From Candidatus Moraniibacteriota bacterium (GTDB taxonomy: Bacteria > Patescibacteriota > Minisyncoccia > Moranbacterales > UBA1568): 64,000 nt of DNA. Below, piece after piece: positions 7,630 through 17,317 of this stretch. Made by a program: the position numbers and the translations under genes. Under the pieces are notes generated by a model. That model was not told where the DNA came from. It worked only from the letters and a program-made list of their open reading frames with translations, and made no database searches. Numbering within the stretch: the stretch's first letter is position 1; every line of letters begins with the position of its first letter. The stretch covers positions 244,151 to 308,150 of the forward strand of contig CAVZUR010000004.1 in the NCBI GenBank assembly GCA_963778555.1. Reading direction: 5' to 3'.

Positions 7630-9762
7630 TTAGATCGAGTATGCCTCGTCTTTCAGTTCATTATAGAGCATATTGGCGACTTTGCGAGGCAGCATCGCAT
7701 TCTCCAATAGCTCATCGAGTATCCGCTCCTCGCTCTTGAAAAGGGCTGAGCGACCAAATGATTCATTCATATGAGCCAACTCTGCCCCGATCCGCGTACC
7801 CGCTGCTTCCCGTTTTTGTTCCGCATCAACACGTAATCCCTCATACAACGCGACCACCGAATCACTTGACGCCGAATCTCCATAGAGTCCCGGTGACCGA
7901 TCTCCAAGCGACTTCAATCGGCGGAGTACTTTTGCCAAGACGACTTCCTGGGCCCGATAATAGCGATACTCCTCGAGCGCTTCCTGCTTAGCTGTTTTCG
8001 GCCGGAAGTTGTTCCGGAACCAGAGAACCAGCGTCTCAAACCAGTCTTGCTGAAAACGCTCTGCATGACCCGACACTTGCTCCCTCCCCTCTTCAACGCG
8101 GCTCGTTTGGATGGCAATCTTATTCAGGATCTCCTTATATTCTGACTCTGAAACTTCTTGATAGATAAAAAGTTCCCGAAGGAAACGCTTTTCCATACCC
8201 AGGGCATACATCTGGAGTGCCCGACCCATATCACCCGGCGTGGCAGCGAACAACGTCTTGCAGACTTCCGCCGACCTTTCATACCGCTCCGTGTACTCGC
8301 TTTTCAGTCGCGTAAAGATATCGTCTTTCACATAGCCTTTCGCGTGGAAATCTTCAAGCTTCTCTAGCGCTTCTTGATACACCAAGGCCGCACATTCGTT
8401 ATACTCCAGCGTCTCCAGCGCTGTGAGATCCGACAGCTTCATTCTTTTAATCATCGCGCCGATCGAGGTCGCCTTGATGCAAAGCGTGAAATAGATACAG
8501 CCGATAGTAATGGCCGCGATAAATTCCTTCACTGTGAACTCATAGCTCCAACCGGGAAACGTGAGCGAATCCGGAATGAGCAGCACCATGGTGACTGCGA
8601 GTGCACCGCGTAGACTCCCCCATGCGAGCAGATGCTGCCAACTCAAAGGAATCGGTTCTTCCTTCTTCAGACGATTGACTATAGCCACGACTGGATAGAT
8701 AGACAGCGCGCGCCCGACAAGCACGACAGCAACGGTGAGCAACATCGGCCAGACGAACTGATCGAAGTGTATGGGAAGATCAGCGAAGAGGAGTCCCATC
8801 AAGATGAAGACAAGAGAGTTCGCCACGAAGGCAAAGTAACCCCAGAATTTTTCCATGTATTCCTCGACCCGTGGCGATATTTTGAATCGGCCGTAATTAC
8901 CGATGACCATTGAAGCCATCACTGTCGCAATGATTGATGAGAATTTAATATCTTGGCCAAACAGGACAAAATGATGCGAAATAAGCTCGGAGAGTATGAA
9001 GGTCAGGTGTGCCACGAGCATCGTCAACGTAATCTCAATATGCTCATTATCCTTCACCTTGCCGATGATCTTGGAAAAAACAAAGCCCATGAAGAGACCG
9101 AAGGCACCGCCGCCCACGACCATAGTCGTAAACATGAACACGCCCTCGAGAACACTACCGAGACCGGTGAATCCTGATAGTGCTACCTCAAGGACAATGA
9201 GGAAGAGTGCTAGCGAGGTTCCATCATTGAAGAGGCTCTCGCCTTCGAAAATGAGCGAGAGGCGCCTCGGCACACCGAATTCTTTGAAAAGGGCCAAGAC
9301 TGCTACCGGATCAGTCGCCGAGATGAGCGTGCCAAAGATAAGGGTCGCCATGAAGGGCACCGGAAGACCGATAAACGCCAAGCCGAGATAGAGAGCACCG
9401 GCGACAAAAAACGCTGAGGCAATGAGACTCACGATGGACAGCCACGAGATCGAGCGGACATTCTCAGCCATCTCGCGCATGTTCATGTTATATGCCGACT
9501 CGAAAATGAGCACCGGGAGAAACACGAAGAAAAGAAGCTCAGGCGTCAACTGGAAGCTTTTGATGAAGTGAAAGAGCGGGAAGTCCGTCAGCGGAACGAG
9601 TGCTGATCCGACGATGACGAGCAGCACTGTATACGGCAGCTTCAGCCGTCCAGCGACAAAATATGTCCCGATAGAGATCAGCATGAGGACCGCGATTGCG
9701 AGTACGACTTCGAGCGACATAGAGGCAGTTTTTAGCAAACAAAAGAGGCTCTCGCGAGCCAA
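7630..9762 (-). CDS. CPA1-family Na+/H+ (cation/proton) antiporter of NhaP type with a long cytoplasmic C-terminal domain
   Basis: 710-aa ORF. The N-terminal ~400 aa are polytopic with CPA1 motifs (FLPVLIFESAYNMN, ATDPVAVLALFKEFGVP, LIFEGESLFNDGTSLALF). The C-terminal ~300 aa are soluble. Confidence 0.8.
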   Translation of the reverse strand: MARESLFCLLKTASMSLEVVLAIAVLMLISIGTYFVAGRLKLPYTVLLVIVGSALVPLTDFPLFHFIKSFQLTPELLFFVFLPVLIFESAYNMNMREMAENVRSISWLSIVSLIASAFFVAGALYLGLAFIGLPVPFMATLIFGTLISATDPVAVLALFKEFGVPRRLSLIFEGESLFNDGTSLALFLIVLEVALSGFTGLGSVLEGVFMFTTMVVGGGAFGLFMGFVFSKIIGKVKDNEHIEITLTMLVAHLTFILSELISHHFVLFGQDIKFSSIIATVMASMVIGNYGRFKISPRVEEYMEKFWGYFAFVANSLVFILMGLLFADLPIHFDQFVWPMLLTVAVVLVGRALSIYPVVAIVNRLKKEEPIPLSWQHLLAWGSLRGALAVTMVLLIPDSLTFPGWSYEFTVKEFIAAITIGCIYFTLCIKATSIGAMIKRMKLSDLTALETLEYNECAALVYQEALEKLEDFHAKGYVKDDIFTRLKSEYTERYERSAEVCKTLFAATPGDMGRALQMYALGMEKRFLRELFIYQEVSESEYKEILNKIAIQTSRVEEGREQVSGHAERFQQDWFETLVLWFRNNFRPKTAKQEALEEYRYYRAQEVVLAKVLRRLKSLGDRSPGLYGDSASSDSVVALYEGLRVDAEQKREAAGTRIGAELAHMNESFGRSALFKSEERILDELLENAMLPRKVANMLYNELKDEAYSI

Positions 9763-9810
9763 ATTTTATACTGCTCTATCCTACTCCTCCCCTATTTTTT
9801 GTCAAAGTAA

Positions 9811-9830
9811 AACCCCGCCAACTGGCGGGG
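9811..9830 (-). terminator. Rho-independent terminator downstream of rplL
   Basis: On the minus strand the sequence reads CCCCGCCAGTTGGCGGGG followed by TTTTACTTTGACAAAAAAT. It lies just 3' of the true rplL stop. Confidence 0.5.
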
Positions 9831-9862
9831 CATACTGTCCATAAGACTAAGTGCTTGCCTTA

Positions 9863-10262
9863 CTTCAAAGTCACGGTCGCGCCGGCTTCCTCGAGCTTCT
9901 TCTTCATCGTTTCGGCATCGGCTTTGGAGACTTTCTCCTTGATGACTTTCGGAGCGGCATCCACCATGATCCTTGGCTTCCTTCAGACCCAAGCCAGTCA
10001 CTTCGCGGACAGCCTTGATGGCGTTGATCTTCTGCTGGCCGGCAGCCGTAATCTCGACATCGAACTCAGTCTTTTCCTCGACAGCTTCGGCAGCGGCAGC
10101 CGGTGCGGCCCCCATCATCATGGGAGCGGCAGCCGAAACGCCGAACTTGTCCTCGAGAACTTTCACGAGCTCGGACAAATCCAGCACGCTCATTTTCTCG
10201 ATCTCGGCGACGAGCTTCTCGAACTTCTCCGGCACCACGACGTCTTTCTTCTCTTCTGACAT
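9863..10262 (-). CDS. rplL: 50S ribosomal protein L7/L12 (one frameshift near 9950)
   Basis: The ORF-track protein [47 protein letters not shown]...[38 protein letters not shown] then turns to garbage. I read the C-terminus in the next frame as ...[34 protein letters not shown]. Confidence 0.8.
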
Positions 10263-10281
10263 ATGTGTACTGATTACGTGA

Positions 10282-10800
10282 TTACTGAATTGAAAAATGA
10301 AACTTTTTTACGCTGATTTCTGATCCCGCACGGCGCTCAAGCACCCGGACAAACCCGCTGAGATTACCCGAGAGGGTCCGGACAAAGCCAGCAATCGGCG
10401 CCTGCAGCGTGCCCACGAGCATGGCTCGGAGTTCATCACGCGATGGGAGTTTGGCCAGCGCCTTGACCGCGTCGATCGTCAAGGATTCCGACCCGAGCGA
10501 TCCCCCGACGATCGGAGAGGGTCGATTCTTTGTTCGCTTTGATGAAGTCAGCGATGGTCTTGGCTGCTGAAACTTCGTCCTCGAGAACGCGACTCCGACC
10601 TGGCCGTCGAGTCCGCGAGCATCGACCTTCACACCCGCCTCATCAAGCGCCCGATTGAGGAGTGTCTTCTTCAGCACCTGCCAGCCGGAACCGGTTTCGC
10701 GGAGGCTGCGGCGCAGAGTCGTGATATCTTTCACCGAAACGCCCTTGAAATTGGCGAAGACCAGAGCCTTCGACTCCTTTGCTCTTGTTCGTCACCTCGG
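10282..10800 (-). CDS. rplJ: 50S ribosomal protein L10 (N-terminal part out of frame)
   Basis: The ORF 10282..10734 C-terminal region (…[38 protein letters not shown]...) is L10-like. The expected N-terminus lies upstream in another frame, and the L10-L7/L12 gene order is canonical. Confidence 0.65.
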
Positions 10801-10859
10801 CAATGAGCGTGTGTCTTCTGTTGATTTATTCTGCATAATAGATCATTAGAAAAAGTCTG

Positions 10860-11375
10860 CAGTGACCGCAGACTAAAAAATCTCCTATTTCCAGGAGACT
10901 GAACAATGAAGCCACAGGCTTGGGAACTGTTCCTCTAAGGATTTACCTGTCTGCGCGACGGACCTTAGGTCTCTGGATGTCCTAATGATCTACGGAGTAT
11001 TCAGTTGTAGAGCCATGGCTACCGGAAAATCGGACTTCGTCAAGCCTTCGGCGTTACTCGGCCATCGGAGCGTTTCGGCCGACTGCGGCACAGCTTCTGC
11101 GAGCTGGAGCAGCTTCTCGCGGTTGACCTCGGCTGGTACCGCTGTCACGCTTTGACCGGGACTCTTTCTCTTCTTCGCTTCGGATGCCTCAACTTCCGGC
11201 TGTCACGGGACTTCTGGTGCATACGCCTTCGCGATGATCTTTTTTCGATTTCTTCCTCGATCACGCCTTCGCGGATGAGCAGATTCGTCACGCGGCGGAG
11301 GTCTGGGCACCCTGTCCGATCCAATACAGAATGCGTTCTTTTTTCAGAAAGTCGGTTTTCTTGAATGCGGATCAT
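10860..11375 (-). CDS. Hypothetical protein, apparently frameshifted (begins MIRIQENRLSEKRTHSVLDRTG...)
   Basis: ORF 11145..11375 plus an in-phase continuation in another frame (...IEEEIEKKIIAKAYAPEV... / ...TAVPAEVNREKLLQLAEAVPQSAE...). I see no recognisable domain. Confidence 0.2.
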
Positions 11376-11693
11376 AGCTGCCCAAGAATCTCCACATGGC
11401 GATGCCCGGGGCTTTGGTGTGTCTCCTGCAGAACGACCCGGAAAGAGGCATGATTTCTCTTGCCGAGCGGTTGAAACGGATTGACGAGCATACGGGCTTC
11501 TGAATATGCGAAAAAATGATATACGAAGACCATTCTAGCCTGATTCTCTGAGGCTGTCAACCCGTTAGATTCCGACAAAAACTGAGTCTTACTCAAGCAC
11601 AAATACACTGCTGCCGCGTTTACCACCAGAGATACTCTTGCAAAAACTCTAACGGGATTATCAATTATGCGCCACGGACTTTCCCACCCTCCC

Positions 11694-13981
11694 CTATCTG
11701 GTCAAGCCGGATCGAGAGAAGCTGGGAAACGCCATCAGCTGGCCCATCGTGACGCCGTAGAGGAGTCCGGCCTGGGCCATCGTCTCGCGATTGTGCGTGA
11801 TGGCGATGAACTGGGTATGCAGCGAGAGTTCGCGAGCATCGTGCGAAACGCCTGGAATTGGCCTCGTCGAGCGCCGCTTCCACTTCATCGAGTACCGCAA
11901 ACGGCGGCGGATTGTGCGAGATGATCGCGAAGAAGAGCGCCAAGCGACGTCAGCGAGCGTTCGCCGCCGGAAAGCATCGAGAGATTGGTGATTTTCTTCC
12001 CGGGAGGACAGGCGAATATCTCGATGCCGATCTCATCGCTTCCTCCGTTCTCTTCATCCTCCGTATCATCCTCATCTGACTTCGGCTCTATCCCTCCGCC
12101 TGTCTGACGACTGTTACTTTGACGATTTCCAGGCTCCGCCTTGCCACCGCCGAAGATGATCCTGAAATACGTCTCGAATTTCTGACGGATTTCCTTGAAA
12201 GCCTCGTGGAATACCTTGTCAATTTTCTGTTCCATCTCTCTGATGACCGTACGCAAAGATTCGGTCGCCTGCTTCAGATCGGCCGATTCACGCGTCAAAG
12301 AACTCGAAACGCTTCTCTGTTTCCTGATATTCCTCCACCACGAGCGGATCAATCGTACCGATATGCTCGACTTCCACTTTGAGACGGGCGATCTCGCGCT
12401 CAAGCTTTTCCCGTTCTACGGAAGTACCGTCATATTTCAGCTCTCTCCGCCGCATCGAGAGCTCGTCTCGCGATCGAGCGCCATCAGGTCTTCTTCGCGC
12501 ACCTCGACCCGCGCCAAACGCACTTTCACTTCGTTCAAGTCGGTCTTTCATACCCGTCAGCCGATAACCCTTCTCGCGCCACTCTTTTTCCTTGGCGAAA
12601 AAGGTCTCGCTGGCTCGACCCGAGCTCGCCTCGCGGAGCGCCTGAAGGGACTGTTCTTTCGAAACGATGGTTTTCTGCAGCACCTCCAGTTTCGTCATTC
12701 AAGTCCTTCTTTCTCTTCCGCCAATCGATGCCAAACGCTCATCGCTTAGCTTCCTCTCTTCAGCCGGCAGCGCGATGATCTTCTTCTCCTTCACGCTCCC
12801 CTGGCCGGCCTTCTCATCGAGATCGTGGAGTTTTTGCTTGATACCCTTCGCGAATTCGCGGATATCCTGCAGATCTTCCAATTTCTCGGCGTTCCGGATG
12901 CGATCGATGAGTTCCGCCTGATGCTTCTGGATCTCTTCGAGCGCCCTGCGGACATAATTGAGATCGACGGGAATGACGCGTATCACTTCCTCTCTCTTCT
13001 GCTTTTCTTTTTCGATCTCGATCTTGCCGTCGACGATACTTCTGTCCCGCAAAATATATTCGCGTCATCGCGCGAAGCTGTTCAGTTCGCGGCTGATCAC
13101 GTCTTCCTGACTCTGATCTTCCATCATCGCCGAGGCTTCCGTCACCTCGCGCTCGAGCGTATTGGTCTCCACTTCCAGATCGAACACCTGCTTCGCATGC
13201 CCTTTCACGTTCGCCTACCAGCGTACCGCGTTCACCCTGGAAATTATCCCAGAGGAAACTGTAGAGCAGCACCTGTTTGACGCGGAGTTTCTCCGCCACA
13301 TCTTTTCCCTGCGATGCCTTTTCCGCCTGCCGGCGCAGGTTCTTCAGATGCGGCTCGATTTCCGCCGTCAAACTGTCCACGCGCACCAGATTCTCGCGCG
13401 TGCTCTCCAGTTTCCGGAGCGCGCGTTCCTTCTCGATCTGATACTGTTTCACGCCGGCAGCATCCTCGAAAATGGAGCGGCGCTCGGCCGGCGTCGCGTT
13501 CAGCACGGCATCCGACATGCCCTGTGTGATGACGCAGTAGCTGTCCTTGCCGATACCGGCTTTCGCCAGCATATCCACGATATCCATCAGGCGCACGCGG
13601 GCACCATTGATGAGATATTCGCTCTCGCCGCTCCTGTAGATCTTCCTCGTGATGGAGACTTCCGCGAATTCGATCGGAATACGCTTGTCGGAATTGTCGA
13701 AGTACAACGTCACGGATGCCGTACCGAGGCGCGCCTTCTTGTCCGTACCGGCGAAAATGACGTCCTCTGATTTTTTTCCACGCAGATTCTTCAGCGACTG
13801 CTCGCCGATCGCCCAGCGGATAGCATCGGCCACGTTCGATTTGCCGCTGCCGTTGGGACCGACGATGGCCGTAATACCGCATTTCCCGCCGCCGGCGATA
13901 TCGCAGTCGGGCAAGAAAATCCAATGCCGTCTTGTTGGCGAAGGACTTGAATCCGCTGATTTCGAGTTTCTTCAGATACAT
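11694..13981 (-). CDS. smc: SMC-family chromosome-segregation ATPase, unusually short (~760 codons end to end), fragmented by at least 6 frameshifts
   Basis: N-terminus MYLKKLEISGFKSFANKTALDF, then in the next frame ...ITAIVGPNGSGKSNVADAIRWAIGEQSLKNLRGKKSEDVIFAGTDKKARLGTASVTLYFDN... (Walker A). Coiled-coil pieces lie in ORFs 12699..13052 and 12288..12698. C-terminus ...LSGGERSLTSLG...FAVLDEVEAALDEANSRRFA...QFIAITHNRETMAQAGLLYGVTMGQ (signature and Walker B motifs). Confidence 0.7.
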
Positions 13982-14099
13982 AATCGGACTCGAAAAAACA
14001 ATCAGCGATCATTGCCGATTTTTCTTGATACAATTACTCCCTCAGTATAGCTTTTCCCGAGCCAAATGAAAAAGAGGCTTGCCGCCTCACCTCTTACTG

Positions 14100-14780
14100 T
14101 TACCAGCCCTGCTTTATCACCCTGCTTGGCGGCTTCGCGCTGGGCGTCCTGCTTGGAGAGCCCTCGCCTTCGGCGATCAGCTCTTCCTCCAAGAAGACTC
14201 CCGCGATGAAACGCCGGTCATGATCCGGTCCCGATTCTTTCAGCACCCGATAGTGCGGAGTGATACCCGTCTTCTCCTGCGCGAGTTCCTGAAAACGGCT
14301 TTTTGGATCGGTATAGAGTCTCGAGTCGGAATACCTCGTCCGCGTCATCACGTGCTCCTCGATGAAATCCTTAGCCGCATAATATCCCTGATCCAGATAG
14401 AGGGCGCCAATGACGGATTCCATCGCGTTGGCGATGAGAAATCCCGCGCCCGTCCAGTATCCTTGGCTTCGCCACGGCTCATCAGGAGAAAATCCTGCAT
14501 CCCCAGATCGCGGCCGATTTTCCCGAGCATATCGCCATTGACGAGCGCCGCCCGCAAAGCCGTCAGCTCGCCTTCCGGCGATCGGGAAAATCAGCAGAGA
14601 GCCGCTCGGTCACGGCCAACTCAAGCACCGCATCGCCGAGAAATTCCAGCCGCTCATTCTGCGGAACTGGATGCCCCTTGTGCTCGTTCAGATACGACCG
14701 GTGCGTCAGGGCCTCATGAAACAGAGCCGTGTTCCCGATCTCGATCCCGAGCGCGCTTTTATTTTCTCGCCTAGAATGTC
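14100..14780 (-). CDS. rnc: Ribonuclease III (frameshifted)
   Basis: The C-terminal dsRBD reads ...ESVIGALYLDQGYYAAKDFIEEH...DPKSRFQELAQEKTGITPHYRVLKESGPDHDRRFIAGVFL. The N-terminal catalytic part is in another frame (ORF 14348..14557: ...ALVNGDMLGKIGRDLGMQDFLLMSRGE). Confidence 0.75.
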
Positions 14781-14983
14781 ATAGGTGGAGGTCATTCATT
14801 GCGCGAAGAAAAGCGTCTCTTAGGACGCTTTTCGCTTTCTTCTGAGTTAGTTTTGCTTCATCTTCGGCTTTGCCTGGGTTCCTTGCTTTCTGTCTTTTTC
14901 GAAACCGGACTCTCCTGGTCGAGCTTTCCTTCCCCTGGCTCTCCTTTTCGCGCTCTGCCTTGTGATTTTCGTCGTATCGTCTT

Positions 14984-15407
14984 TCATCGGCTCCCCCATT
15001 TCGCGATAGATGGTCCCAAGCACGCCATTGACGAAACGCGGGGTGCATCGCTCCCGAAAGTCTTGGCCAGCTCGATGGCCTCATTGATGGCGACTTTCGG
15101 CGGCACTTCGTCATAGTCGCCGAACATGAGCTCATAGATCCCGAGCCGCAGGATGTTCCGGTCGATGACCGTCACCTGTTCGAGCGGCCACTCTGGCGCG
15201 CATTTCTCGATGAGCTGATCGATGGTCGGCCGATGCGCCAAGAGCTTTCCATGATCCGGCGCGCAAAGGTATAGTCCTCAAGCCCAGGAGCGAACTCTTC
15301 CATGTTCTTGCGCAGGATAGGCAGCGCTTTTCATCGTGCTTTCCCTGAAAGTCCCACTCGAAGAGAGACTGCATGACGACCGAACGCTGAAGGTGCCTAT
15401 TGGCCAT
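14984..15407 (-). CDS. nusB: Transcription antitermination factor NusB (frameshifted)
   Basis: [21 protein letters not shown]... (ORF 15132..15407) joined with ...[38 protein letters not shown] (ORF 14984..15241). Confidence 0.65.
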
Positions 15408-15494
15408 GGTGGTAAGAAAACTATTTTATCTTGGTTTCAGTATACCACACCCCGGCGCAGGATTCATCCGAGGCGCGCAATAAGAAAAAGCTGC

Positions 15495-15698
15495 CTAAGC
15501 AGCCTTTTCCTTTTTCAGTTTGGGAGTCATGTTCACGACTTCGCGTCCCTTGTAATAGCCGCATTCTTTGCAGGCGCGGTGCGGCAGCATATCAGCGCTG
15601 CACTTCGGACACTTCGTGGTCACGGTCGGTGTGAGTTCCAGGAACTTGCGCGCTCGATCACGGCGATGATGGGTATGTCGTTGTTTGGGGAGAGCCAT
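15495..15698 (-). CDS. rpmF: 50S ribosomal protein L32
   Basis: MALPKQRHTHHRRDRARKFLELTPTVTTKCPKCSADMLPHRACKECGYYKGREV matches L32, including its Zn-ribbon. Confidence 0.8.
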   Translation of the reverse strand: MALPKQRHTHHRRDRARKFLELTPTVTTKCPKCSADMLPHRACKECGYYKGREVVNMTPKLKKEKAA

Positions 15699-15765
15699 AC
15701 TGGACAGTGATTAGGGAATAGTGGCTAGCGTATAGAAAAAGCCTTCAGAAGGCCCTCATAATCTA

Positions 15766-16491
15766 TCAGATAGCCCGCTTATTGGCAAGATTGCCGGCCT
15801 TTTTCGGCGTCAGGACATTCGAAAACCGCTGGTTCACAGTCTCGGGGTTGGCCAATTGGACGGGACGGAAGCTTTTCCGGTGGATTGGGGTGGGGCCGAG
15901 CCGTCGGAGCGCGTTCATGTGCTCCTGCGTCCCATAGCCTTTGTGCCGAGCGAAACCATAGGCCGGGTATTCGTGGTCGGCGAGGATGATGAGCCGGTCG
16001 CGCGTCACTTTGGCGATGATGGAGGCCGCCGCGATCGACTTCACCAGCCCGTCGCCGTCGACGACCGCCTCTTGCCGCAAGGATAGATTGGGCAATGTTT
16101 GATTGCCGTCAATGAGGAGTACAAGGGACGATTCTTTTCCTCGCAATCCCGCCGCCCGTTCGAGCTCGGACAGCGCGCTTTTCATCGCCAGAAAAGTCGC
16201 CTGCAGGATATTCACCCGATCGATAGTCTCGGCGCTCACGATACCGACCCCGACATGGAAAAATTCCTGGACGAGCGCAAAGGCCTTCTCGCGCTGCATT
16301 TCGGAAAGTTTCTTGGAATCCCGGATGAGATTGAATTCTTTTTCACGTTTTAGCACAAAACTACGGTCGTCGGAATGTGCTAAAACATCGATATATATTT
16401 TTTTGAGAAGTACGGCTGCTGCCACGACCGGCCCGGCCAAGTGGCCCCCGTCCCGCTTCGTCGATACCAATAGGGATAAGTCCCCGCTCAA
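15766..16491 (-). CDS. rnhB: Ribonuclease HII
   Basis: ...HLAGPVVAAAVLL...SIAAASIIAKVTRDRLI...HKGYGTQEHMNALRRLGPTPIHRKSFRPV. The N-terminus appears slightly out of frame. Confidence 0.8.
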   Translation of the reverse strand: MSGDLSLLVSTKRDGGHLAGPVVAAAVLLKKIYIDVLAHSDDRSFVLKREKEFNLIRDSKKLSEMQREKAFALVQEFFHVGVGIVSAETIDRVNILQATFLAMKSALSELERAAGLRGKESSLVLLIDGNQTLPNLSLRQEAVVDGDGLVKSIAAASIIAKVTRDRLIILADHEYPAYGFARHKGYGTQEHMNALRRLGPTPIHRKSFRPVQLANPETVNQRFSNVLTPKKAGNLANKRAI

Positions 16492-16619
16492 TACATTCTA
16501 TTTCGCGTTAAAAATGGGCGATTTGCATAACGCCATTATACCCAGAGGACCAACCACGAAAATTCCGAATCTCTGAAATGGCTTTCAAAGAGATAACTCA
16601 TAATATCCAAGGCCAGGTA

Positions 16620-17150
16620 TTGACAACGGCTATTTATAGTCACAATACCAGATTGGAGAAGGTCCATATCCGGTCAAACTTCCCCTGGTACTGAGGCAGA
16701 GCACAGTCGCCATCGGCATCTTCGCCTTTGCCTTCTATTCCCGAACTCCTCCCCGTTGGAGGCCTCGTGGTCACGGGGCATGAAAATCCCCACGCAGCCC
16801 GATGGATCGCGGCGCTCAATGCATGGTCAGCCGCCGGTGGCGATCAATGGACTTAGAAGCGAACTGTGTAGGTTCCTCAAAACGCCTCTACCATGGTGGG
16901 TAGATCGTGAGGCAGTACTCTGGTACTCGGAGACTTTATCTCCCGCGGCGCATACAAACACCCGTAGCGGTGGCGCTGCGAGACAAGCGGTCCTAACCGC
17001 ACCAAATCCGCCATCATGGGTAGTCGAATCGAAAACTCCAGGTGGTGAGGCGCAAGTCTCGATCTTTCTACCCACAGGCGGGAACTCTGGACGCCGTCAA
17101 TAGACAGGCTCGGCATTCACCTCCTAGACCAACCATACGGCTGCTGACCC
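16620..17150. ncRNA. Candidate structured non-coding RNA of unknown family (strand not determined)
   Basis: GC-rich 0.5-kb stretch between rnhB and dnaE with no credible ORF. Overlapping ORFs on both strands give low-complexity, un-protein-like peptides. It has several long-range complementary segments, for example GGGTAGATCG at ~16905 and CGATCTTTCTACCC at ~17062. CTGGTACTGAGG at ~16690 recurs as CTGGTACTCGGAG at ~16930. There is a local hairpin GGGGCATGAAAATCCCC. Confidence 0.2.
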
Positions 17151-17317
17151 GGCCCCGAAGCGTTTTTCTTTCTTATAATGGTAAAATAACGCAAGTAACT
17201 TCCCTGCAAAGTCCAGTGCGCAAGCCGGACGATGAGGGAAAAAATATGCACTATTTAAACTTCCCTATCTCCCAGCCACTGATTCCATGTGGTTTTTTTG
17301 TCGCTGAAAATTGAATT

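Noticed and set aside
10853-10873. Hairpin AGTCTGCAG-tgacc-GCAGACT upstream of rplJ as a terminator
   Set aside because: An A-run follows it on the plus strand and a T-run precedes it on the minus strand, so it has the wrong geometry for an intrinsic terminator. It is more likely part of the rplJ leader or an incidental structure.
16756-17116. ORFs 16756..17103 (+), 16827..17075 (-), 16877..17116 (-) and 17042..17314 (+) as protein genes
   Set aside because: They overlap one another on both strands and their peptide composition is not protein-like. The DNA shows RNA-like complementarity, so I report the region as a candidate ncRNA instead.
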